DNA of 63,561 nt, filler included, from Corallochytrium limacisporum Hawaii (lineage: Eukaryota; Protista; Pluriformea): NCBI GenBank assembly GCA_002811645.1. It is 8 parts of 8 records of this genome, joined end to end, with 100 filler letters (N's around TTAATTAATTAA, not from the genome) between each part and the next. Parts side by side here need not be neighbours in the genome. Positions count along the whole stretch, not along the records: positions 52,664 to 58,238 come from PDIP01000051.1; positions 58,339 to 60,768 come from PDIP01000253.1; positions 60,869 to 62,003 come from PDIP01000236.1; positions 62,104 to 63,561 come from PDIP01000214.1; 4 more parts are not named here. One strand, written 5' to 3'. Position 1 is the stretch's first letter; each line of letters starts with the position of its first letter. Made by a program: the position numbers and the translations under genes. Shown one piece after another: positions 54,979 to 63,561 of the stretch. Under the pieces are notes generated by a model that had not been told where the DNA came from, did not search any database, and was given only the letters and a program-made list of their open reading frames with translations.

Positions 54979-57621
54979 TCACAAATCACCCCACAGCGCA
55001 TCGTTGCCAAGAATGTCGCTCAAGTTGGAGTCAACTGCGGCGGTGGTATTGCTAAACATCTGAGAGGCAGTGAGGGTGTCGGCAAAGTCCTTGACTGCGT
55101 CCGCCGCTGCCTTGGCAGCGACATCATCAGCATTGGGTCCCGGTGCCTCTGCAGGCGTCTTGGCTGACGTCTTTCGACTGGTCTTGGACTTGGCAGGAGC
55201 CTTCGCACTGGTCTTTGCGCTGGTCTTGGACTGGGCAGGAGCCTTCGCACTGGTCTTTGCGCTGGTCTTGGGCTTGGCAGGGGCCTTCGCACTGGTCTTG
55301 GGTTTGGCAGGAGCCTTGGCCGAAGTCTTGCGCCCGCGTGACTTCGGGGGTTCAGTGGCTGGTTCCTTTGCGGAAGTCTTGCGAGATCGCTTCACTGGTG
55401 TGTCCTGGGCCGCGGTAGTGGGCAGTTCTGCAGTGGTGTCAACCTCCGAGTTCTTGGCTGCGGAGGCGGGTGCCTTGGCGGAGGTCTTGCGGGAACTCTT
55501 CTTTGGCTCTGGCATGGGTTCCTGCTCCTCAGCTGCAGCGGGCTTCTTGGCCGAAGTCTTCACAGGGGTCCCCTTCCCGAGGCCACCAGCGGCAGCCTCA
55601 GCAGCCTCTTTGGCGCGAGCCTCTTCCATTTCCTTCTTCGTCCGTCGCTTTCGCTTCGCCTTCGCCGTCTCCGCACCGCTGACGTCTTGCGTGGCCACAG
55701 ACTGGGTTGTGGCCTGCGATGCGGCAGCGGCCTCAGTGGCGGCCCTGGCCTCGGCCATTTCCTTCTTTGTGCGGCGCTTACGCTTCGGTTTTTCCTGGAC
55801 GTCTGAAGATCCAGGCTGCTGCGTAGGCGCCGCTTGGCTGCTGGTGGGCTGTGTGGCCGCTTCGGCGGCTGCCTTGGCCCGGGCCTCCTGCATCTCCTTC
55901 TTAGTGCGGCGCTTCCGCTTCGGTTTCTCTCCCGTCACGGTGGTCTCTTGCGACGTGGCTAGAGCAGCAGCTGCCCGAGCTGCTTCCATTTCCTTCTTGG
56001 TGCGACGCTTGCGCTTAGGCTTGACTTCTGCTTCCTTGGCAGCAGCTGCGGAATGCTTAGTGCCGGCCTTTGCCGCCGCCTTTGCTTTGCTCTTGGCTTC
56101 CTTCTTGGCCGCTTGCTTCGCTTTCGCCCTGACGTTAGCCTTTGAGGTCTCGGATTTGGATTTGGCAGCCTCCTTGGCCTTGGCCGCGGTGGGAGCCTTG
56201 GCGGTGGCGGCCTTGGGCCTGCCCTTTGCCTGGGCTGGCATGGCAGCTGCCGCGGAGGCGGGCTTCTTAGGCTCCGTGGCTGCCTTCTTGGGTTTCGGTC
56301 CTGGCTTCTTCCGTGGGACTCCGGCTTTGGTAAGACGCACACTGCTATTTGGACTGATCTGTGTAGAGCTCGTGGGCACTCCCTCGCCTTGCACAGTCGA
56401 CGTGTCTCGCACACTAGCCGAGGTGGCAGGAGTCACCGTAATGACGGGAGCGGCCAGGTCATTCCAGGGCTGCGGTAGGAGACTCAGATCCTTCTTCTGT
56501 TGTACTCCACTATCAGTTTCCCTGGCGCCACCTGTTCTTCCCGGAACCTCCACCTCAAGGCCCTCCTCCAGGTCCGAACTCTCATCGCCGGATCTACTGA
56601 TCAGGGGCGCGGCCGAAGTCTTTGTCCGTGATTTGCTCTGGGCTGGGCCCTTGCCAACAGTTTTGCCTCGTACCGGTTCCACGCTGGACTGCTCAGGTGC
56701 CTGCTTGGACACTTTATCTTCTTCATCGCTGTCACTGCTACTACTGCTGCTTGATCCAGACTCTGATCCGGAAGAAGAGGAGGACCCTGATGACGATGAT
56801 TTGGTCGTCGAGGAAGATTCCGATGACTCCGACTCTGAGCCAGACTCAGATTCGGATGATGATGATGATGATGACGACCGCTCCTCCTCTGAACCTTTCT
56901 GCCCAGTCTCGGTAGAGTTTACAGGCAAGGGATCCATCTCCAAGATGGAATGGTCCACGGCACGGTCTTCCATATCTGAGTCGGCATTCTCCCGCGACTC
57001 TGAAGACACTGATTGATCGGCCACAGCGGAAATTTTCTTAAGAGCAGCCTTTTTGGCCTTGATATCTTCAGAAGATGAGGCTTGAGATGATGATGACGAC
57101 GACCTGCTGCTACTGCTACTGCTACTGCTACTGCTGCTGCTGCTGCTACTACTACTGCTACTGCTGCTCTTTGAGGAAGAGGACGAAGAGGACGAAGAGG
57201 AAGAGGACGATGATGATTTGCTTGACTTCTTTTTCGAGGGACTTGGTGTCTTCTTGCCTCCCGTTGATGTCAGTAGCTTTCTCCGTTTGGCCGCGTGGCC
57301 TTCGCCGGAGGGCTTTGAGCCTGCAGCGTTGGGCACATAGTGTTCCTCGTCCTCCAGTACGTCGCCGACTAAACAATGGGGATCGATCGCTATCGACGGC
57401 GCTGTGCTTGGGCACAGGTATCGGATCGATGCCCCGGTCCGACCCAAAATGCGTGCTTGCGCTTCTTCAGCTCGGCGCTGTACATCTTCAACCCGTTCAT
57501 TGGTCTCTGCCGTAATGAGTACCTGTTGTCCATTGGCGAGTTCAACGATCACACGAATGCGACCAGTTTTATGGGAGCGGCGCCGTTTCTCCCGTGATTT
57601 CTTTTTCTTTGATGAGCCCAT
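54979..57621 (-). CDS. Ser/Lys/Ala-rich nuclear or nucleolar protein with N-terminal ubiquitin-like domain
   Basis: 880-aa ORF with a beta-grasp-like N-terminus (IRVIVEL...[13 protein letters not shown]), poly-Ser tracts, 4 copies of [10 protein letters not shown] and KTSAK repeats. Confidence 0.8.
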   Translation of the reverse strand: MGSSKKKKSREKRRRSHKTGRIRVIVELANGQQVLITAETNERVEDVQRRAEEAQARILGRTGASIRYLCPSTAPSIAIDPHCLVGDVLEDEEHYVPNAAGSKPSGEGHAAKRRKLLTSTGGKKTPSPSKKKSSKSSSSSSSSSSSSSSSKSSSSSSSSSSSSSSSSSSSSSRSSSSSSQASSSEDIKAKKAALKKISAVADQSVSSESRENADSDMEDRAVDHSILEMDPLPVNSTETGQKGSEEERSSSSSSSSESESGSESESSESSSTTKSSSSGSSSSSGSESGSSSSSSSDSDEEDKVSKQAPEQSSVEPVRGKTVGKGPAQSKSRTKTSAAPLISRSGDESSDLEEGLEVEVPGRTGGARETDSGVQQKKDLSLLPQPWNDLAAPVITVTPATSASVRDTSTVQGEGVPTSSTQISPNSSVRLTKAGVPRKKPGPKPKKAATEPKKPASAAAAMPAQAKGRPKAATAKAPTAAKAKEAAKSKSETSKANVRAKAKQAAKKEAKSKAKAAAKAGTKHSAAAAKEAEVKPKRKRRTKKEMEAARAAAALATSQETTVTGEKPKRKRRTKKEMQEARAKAAAEAATQPTSSQAAPTQQPGSSDVQEKPKRKRRTKKEMAEARAATEAAAASQATTQSVATQDVSGAETAKAKRKRRTKKEMEEARAKEAAEAAAGGLGKGTPVKTSAKKPAAAEEQEPMPEPKKSSRKTSAKAPASAAKNSEVDTTAELPTTAAQDTPVKRSRKTSAKEPATEPPKSRGRKTSAKAPAKPKTSAKAPAKPKTSAKTSAKAPAQSKTSAKTSAKAPAKSKTSRKTSAKTPAEAPGPNADDVAAKAAADAVKDFADTLTASQMFSNTTAAVDSNLSDILGNDALWGDL

Positions 57622-60341
57622 AGTGCATAGAGTTTATTGATTCAAATGGTCAGTGGACCCCGTCTTTGTTCTAACGCTTACATGCTTGTGTGGTGTTTGA
57701 ACAGGATTGCCTTTGCGAACAGAGCAATTAGCACCACAAGGTTACCAGAGTGTCCGGGTTCACCTTTCTTCCAGGTCTCTATAGCTTCATATGGTCAATG
57801 ATCCTATACCTGACGCCAACACCCGGAACTTTGGATAAGTTTTGGCTCAGTCGAGTACAAAAGCGATCTTGACGCTTCAGCAATCCAACCCAAAACCCGC
57901 GCGGACGGCATCGTAGACCCACCGCCACCCTCTCACACACACCCCTTCCGCCCAGGAGGGCAAGGACTCACACTGCACACTGCGACTGTCCTGCCCCCCT
58001 TCCCCCTTTTCTGTCGGGGGCAGGTGTCGCAGGTGGATGAAAGCTGGGGTGCCCCCCCCTCCCCCGTCGGGAATTCGCGCGGGAAAAGGCCAAAAAAATG
58101 TTGGAAAATATGCACCTCCGGAAATATCCGACTCCCAACCCTCCCGGAATCGCCCTCACCCCGTCTCCACTTTTCCATTCGTTGCCGGTCCAGCCTGGTG
58201 GCTGGCTGGAAGTCTCATCTCTTCCCCTCTCCCCCCCCNNNNNNNNNNNNNNNNNNNNNNNNNNNNNNNNNNNNNNNNNNNNTTAATTAATTAANNNNNN
58301 NNNNNNNNNNNNNNNNNNNNNNNNNNNNNNNNNNNNNNTCTTGAATCTAGTACCGAGTCAATGCCTTCTTTCATACTTCTCCCATTGGGGCTGGTTTTTT
58401 CTTTAATGCCTCTCTTCTTGTTTGTTCCCTTATTCTATCTCTTCGCTTTTCCGTGGCACACAAGAGATACCGGGTGCTGGCCCCCGTCGCCCGGGGTCAG
58501 GAACACGCAGAAACCCCACCCGGTGACCCACCCGTGATTTAAAGACCTGCAGCCCCCCACCCCGGGCCGCTCCCCACACCCGCGACCAAGATCGCGAGGT
58601 AGTTTGCTTGAAACCCCCAAGATATCGCCACTGTTTGTTGTTTTCATAGTTTTTGAGTTGTTCGCTAACAAGAAGAACACACGCAATATTTTGAGTTCAG
58701 GGCTTTGTCTTGTTTTGGGAAAACAATATAAGGTCCCAGACCCGCCCAACGCCTTTTGTTTTTTATCCCTTTTCCCTCTTCCCTTCGTCCGTTCCCCTGC
58801 CCCTGCCCTCCCTGTCCCCCGTTCCTCCTCCCGGCGGACGGGTGGGTCTCTGTCGACCTTCCACAATTGTTGAATCGCTCTCTCTTCACCGCACAGCGGT
58901 TCTGCTTTTGGACTTCATAGTCATGAAGTCGTCCCTTTTGTTCTGTCCATTGTCTGCATCAGTCCTCCGGGCACTGTGCTCCCTACTACTAGGACTTGGA
59001 AAAGCCTAAGTGAGTTACTACTTTGCCATGTTTCTTAGATCTTTATCATGTCGTACGTACGCGCAACAGAGGTTCTGATAGTTCTGTTTGAGCTCCAACA
59101 TGCTCCGGCTACCAAGCATTTCGAGGAACATTTTTAATCAATCACTGTCATCGGTTGCTAGAATGGCTACCATCATGGAATGAACAAGCTGCCATGTCCT
59201 GAGTCGTACCTGTGGTGGTATTGTTTTTCCACTTCTTCTCTTGCAGGGTTCCTGTTTACGATGCCCCCTGTTTTCCACAAGAATCATTGATATGATCCCT
59301 TCTGTGTTGTATGTGCTGGCATCTTAAAGGAAGTGTGACCGAACTGGAGTACTGCTTGGACAGGTAATTCGTAAACAGCCTTTGTGATAGCGATCAATCG
59401 AAGCTGCCGCGTCAGAGTCATCGTGACAGGGCGCATGGAATACAACTGCCACCAATTTTAACTGTTCAGATACATGGCATCGACGGCCGGGAAATTTTCT
59501 TGCGGCGATTTCTGATGGGCATGCTGAGAAGTTTACAACCATCTTTACCCTCCACATACACGCAACCAATGGAGCATTAATGCGAGATTGTTCACCGCCG
59601 TTGTCCTTCCACCCCTCCCCGGCCCATCTCTCCCCCCGGGGGGGCCGGCAGGGGGAAGTCGGAGTGTCCTATCACTGAACGTTACCATTGGTACGCAACT
59701 AATCCTTGGTTAACCGTTGGTCCTCATCTCATTATGGGTTTGGCTTGAACGTGATTGATTTCGGGGTAATGTCACGGCTAGACCTTATGGGTGTATGTAC
59801 ATCTGCGTTATCACACAAGAAGCAAAGACACCTGAGGAGACAAGCATTACCGTCATAAGATACATGCGACAGTTGGCTGGTTTGGTACGATCTCTCGTCC
59901 CTGGTCTCCTGCACGTCTCCCTTAGCTGGTTCCCTCCCAAAAGTATCTGTTTGAGCAAGTCTTCCTGGAATAGGAGAATCGCACCCAACAGAAGGCACCC
60001 ACAATATAATCGACGACAATTTAATATACCGCCTGTTTGCGGTCTCCTTTCTCGTTGGTTACGGATATATTTGTTTCTGGGGGTAAACAATCGCGACACA
60101 TGGTTCAGAGTTTTTGCATATGAGGATCCCAGATGAAGACAAATCATGGTCCAGACCATTGGTCAGTAGGGCCAAAGCACGGGTTTGTTGCGAAAGGTGA
60201 CCGAATGGCAAACTACTGCGCGTCAGCTCAACAGCAACAGGTCTCAGGCTGACCAACAGACCGGCGGCCAGCCTGACCAGCACAAGCCTGACCATCACTG
60301 GCCTGGCCGACCGGGGCAGTGGCAACGTTGACAGGGACTTC

Positions 60342-60478
60342 CACATCAGCCTGCCCGTAACCGACACCTCCAGGATGTACATCAGCCTGACCGTAACCGA
60401 CACCTCCGACATGTACATCAGCCTGACCGTAACCGACACCTCCGACATGTACATCAGCCTGACCGTAACCGACACCTC
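60342..60478 (+). repeat. 36-bp minisatellite, about 4 units
   Basis: Unit acatgtacatcagcctgaccgtaaccgacacctccg. A diverged longer copy lies at ~60503-60606. Confidence 0.92.
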
Positions 60479-62103
60479 TGGGTGGTGGGATTTTGAGGCT
60501 TCCCAACAAAAGACCGGCGGGAAGCATGACCAACACTGGCCTGACCGACCGCGGCAGCGGCAACCCTTATGCGCACATTCACACCAGCCTCACCGTAACC
60601 GACATTTTCATTTAACCCCCCCCCCCCCGAGGGCGGGGCGCCCAACAAAAAAGAAAAAAAACAAAGGAAATGAAAAAGAAAAGTGACAAAAAAAAGGAAA
60701 AAGAGAAAACCACCAACATCAGGAATTCCCATCTGGTCTCCCACGATGGTACTAACCTGACCCGACGTNNNNNNNNNNNNNNNNNNNNNNNNNNNNNNNN
60801 NNNNNNNNNNNNTTAATTAATTAANNNNNNNNNNNNNNNNNNNNNNNNNNNNNNNNNNNNNNNNNNNNTTCCTCATCATCCATGGTATCTCCGTAGTATG
60901 CGCAGTCGAGTTCCTTGTTAACAATGATATCAGCTTCTGCATCCTCAGCACTCCGCTTCTCTTCTCTTCTCTTTTCTCCTTTGCCTCCATGTCACGGTGC
61001 TGACTGTACGGAACCCCGGGCCCCCCGGGGGGTCGGCGGGCGGTGGTGGTGGTGGAGTGGAGACCGGGGGATTTCTTGCTTTGCGGAAATGCGCGGTGTC
61101 TTTTGTATGACCCGGGCGAGTGGCCCCCGCTTGGGAGGGGGGGGATTGTCCATCAGCTGCCTGCTGATCTACTCTTTTCGAAGGTGCTGGTCCTGGGCGA
61201 TGGCATCTGCCCTTCTGCCATGTTTGTTTGTTGTGATCAAGGATTACAAGACACCTGCATGATAGGGTTCCGTAACATGTCTGCACACCATCAGCATATG
61301 CGTATAGCCATGTAAAATAAGACCAGACACACGTGCATCTCTGCCCGTATGCGGCAAAGGCGGAGACACTGGCTAGCAAGGATCACTGATTGCTTGTATG
61401 TTTGTTCGGGTACAGACGCGTACAAATCGTCTTTGGAAATGCGTGATGATCTTGGTCACGATCTACATACGAGTCTTGAGACAATGATGCCGAGCCCTTG
61501 ATCAATTTCTTCAGTCTGGTGTGTGTGTGGGGTGACGTAACATGCCTGGACTGATGCCATGGATATAGAGTGGAGATGGCCAATGCAGATCACGAATGAT
61601 CCCGGGATGACCCTACAGTAACAATTGAAGCTTGATGGGTCAGATGGATGGATGCTCTCCGTTGATGTGGAATTGACCCCAATGTCCTGTGCCGAGAGCG
61701 GATGTGCTGAGGATGCCCTGGGGTGGCCCGTCCGGAGTTACCCGGTTCCCTCGAACTGTAACTCCCCTCCCAGTTTTCTCGAAAACCACAGTTCCTCTTA
61801 GTCGCACAAACGCGTGCCCGCTTGCTTTCCCCACACCCCCTCCATCACACCAACTGCCGGTTCATCCGCAATGGAACTCAGTCTGATCGCGGCGGTGACA
61901 AGTGGACAAGGCACGGGCGCTGCTGAAGTGGTGGTGGTTGGCTCCCTCAGTGCGGCCCATCGCAGCGCCCCGCCGCCCCTCCGGAACCCCCCCCCCACTT
62001 CCCNNNNNNNNNNNNNNNNNNNNNNNNNNNNNNNNNNNNNNNNNNNNTTAATTAATTAANNNNNNNNNNNNNNNNNNNNNNNNNNNNNNNNNNNNNNNNN
62101 NNN

Positions 62104-62126
62104 AACCCTAACCCTAACCCTAACCC
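62104..62126 (-). repeat. Telomeric (CCCTAA)n at contig start
   Basis: aaccctaaccctaaccctaaccc directly after the spacer. Confidence 0.85.
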
Positions 62127-62171
62127 TTTAGATCCAAGTATTGAAACGTGAATCTGAACTTGCTCTGGGTA

Positions 62172-62675
62172 ATGCTGTTGCTTAGTGTCGCTGAGTTACG
62201 GTCTGGTTTCCTGCTGGTTAGGAACCACGCGTTCACAACAACCTGCAGGGTGCATGATGCCGGATCTGCTCAACCCACCTCGTACATGAAGTTGAATATT
62301 GAGGCATATGCAAACGTTTCAGATAGGTCTGCAGTTACCGCAGCCGTTGATCGGGTCACCAACCGCTTTGCGATCATTGAAGATGTCAACTTCTTTTCGG
62401 ACCTGGCCACCTCGTTTTTCATTCGTATGCCAGGAAACAAACTTGAACTTTGGAAATCTGCTATTGCTGACTTGAATCTGGAGGGCCAGTCCCATGCTTC
62501 CTGCGCAGGCGCAGTAGAATGGGATGAAAAGTCAGTCGCGGCAGTACAGGACGAGATCAATAGACTTAAGCAGCTGGAAAGCGGTGGGAGTTGTACAGAA
62601 GAGATAATCTTGTATCGGATAAATTTTAGAGGTGCCAAAGGGGCTATGCGCATGAAAGTTCCAGCTTTCTATTGA
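62172..62675 (+). CDS. Hypothetical protein, ACT-like fold, resembling a bacterial uncharacterised family, with possible mitochondrial presequence
   Basis: I.DV.FFSDLA.SF.I and INF.G.KG.MR.KVPA motifs recalled from small bacterial proteins (unverified). First ATG at 62172. Confidence 0.65.
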   Translation: MLLLSVAELRSGFLLVRNHAFTTTCRVHDAGSAQPTSYMKLNIEAYANVSDRSAVTAAVDRVTNRFAIIEDVNFFSDLATSFFIRMPGNKLELWKSAIADLNLEGQSHASCAGAVEWDEKSVAAVQDEINRLKQLESGGSCTEEIILYRINFRGAKGAMRMKVPAFY

Positions 62676-63098
62676 ATTGTCCCGAAACATAAAGGTGTAT
62701 GGCAAAGTTTCTAGCACAGGATTAAAATGTGTCCACGTTAGGGTAGAGAATACCCGATCCGGGCATCTTGTGGATTGATTAATTGATCGGGCAGGCGCTT
62801 GTATTCACCTTATAAGCCACTCAGAAGGATGCATGACATGTATAGTGAGAGTATTGTTTATGCAGGCTAGGCTCCCACATCCCTGTTCGCGTACCCCACG
62901 AAATTTGAACCCAATGTGCACAATGAAGCAAACGGTTGAACTGTTCGAACAAACTTGATGGTCGGCCAAGCTATGTGACGACACTGGAAAAAGACCCTCA
63001 CCAGTGAACTGGTTACTGTGGCAAAGTTACATGTGCGGTTATCGTAAAACAGCCAGGACCGCGCTCAACAACAAAATCACAGCACAGTAAAGAGGCAT

Positions 63099-63498
63099 AT
63101 GTACGAAGCTGAAGATGTACACGCAGCGGAGCTAGCTACAGAAGGGATTCTACCGACCGTGTTTCTGCTGGAAAAGGATCATGTTTTAGACGAGGGAGAC
63201 GGAGGGTACGGATTCAACAGAATTGGAAGGGCCTAATATTTGGACCCCAGCCCATGTGTACAAGATTACACCAAATGAGCCTGCCACCTTTCAAGGTAAT
63301 CTCAAGATTGCCGACCATCTTCAGGCTATCAATGACGTGGAATGTATTTCTCTGACCAGTCATGAAGACGTCATTGGAGTCATAAGAGAGTCAGATGACG
63401 AACTCAGCCTTCGAGTAGAGCACGGTCCTATCAGTATGAAAAAGAACGGAAGATTTTCTGAAACGGTAGAAGACTGCCTCAATGAACGGAGCAAAGTA
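63099..63498 (+). pseudogene. Frameshifted, transposon-interrupted PDZ-domain gene
   Basis: Frame 1 reads LEKD...GGYGFN (carboxylate-binding loop) then stops at 63234. The shifted frame reads HVYKITPNEPATFQGNLKIADHLQAINDV...SHEDVIGVIRESDDELSLRV. Confidence 0.7.
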
Positions 63499-63561
63499 CT
63501 ATCCTCTGAGTTGAATGTATACTCCGTATCCAACCAAAATTTTCGTTCGAAAATATATACC
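63497..63561 (+). mobile_element. Terminal inverted repeat, family B (left end)
   Basis: TA-CTATCCTCTG..., an exact inverted match to 52690-52754. Confidence 0.75.

Noticed and set aside
55070-57016. 648-aa plus-strand ORF, and similar long overlapping ORFs at 27073-28713, 4199-4972, 5471-6154 and 36294-37058
   Set aside because: These are antisense or alternate-frame shadows of GC-rich, low-complexity real genes.
60342-60478. 36-bp repeats resembling a CRISPR array
   Set aside because: The units are head-to-tail with no spacers, there are no cas genes, and the context is eukaryotic.

Overview
Eukaryotic nuclear DNA from an intron-poor unicellular organism. The forkhead, Rad7-like, CABLES and PDZ content and TTAGGG telomeres point to an opisthokont-like or related protist, which is an inference. 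The window is a pseudo-molecule of 8 contigs (1-18909, 19010-34220, 34321-45836, 45937-52563, 52664-58238, 58339-60768, 60869-62003, 62104-63561) joined by artificial N44-TTAATTAATTAA-N44 spacers, so adjacency across spacers is not real. It carries 19 apparently single-exon genes: Fox TF, PHD-Rad7/LRR, CMC1, an unknown mitochondrial protein, epsinR, an SLC36/Avt transporter, Nup98-96, ascorbate peroxidase, a GT34-like protein, mS23, an Egt2-like PLP lyase, CABLES, a class 3 lipase, two DEAD-box helicases, IMPase, a small acidic ORF, a Ser/Lys-rich protein and an ACT-like ORF. Several decayed coding relics are also present. The main observation is architectural. There are two oppositely oriented telomere ends, each directly followed by an inward-transcribed gene, with one ATG only about 45 bp from the repeats. 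Exact inverted 68-71 bp TA-flanked transposon termini pair contig ends (3 to 2 and 8 to 5). Together these suggest the record is one complete, very small (~65-70 kb) linear chromosome with essentially no subtelomere. Poly-C/poly-G tracts lie a few hundred bp upstream of most start codons. No database searches were run, and all family calls come from motifs recognised by eye.
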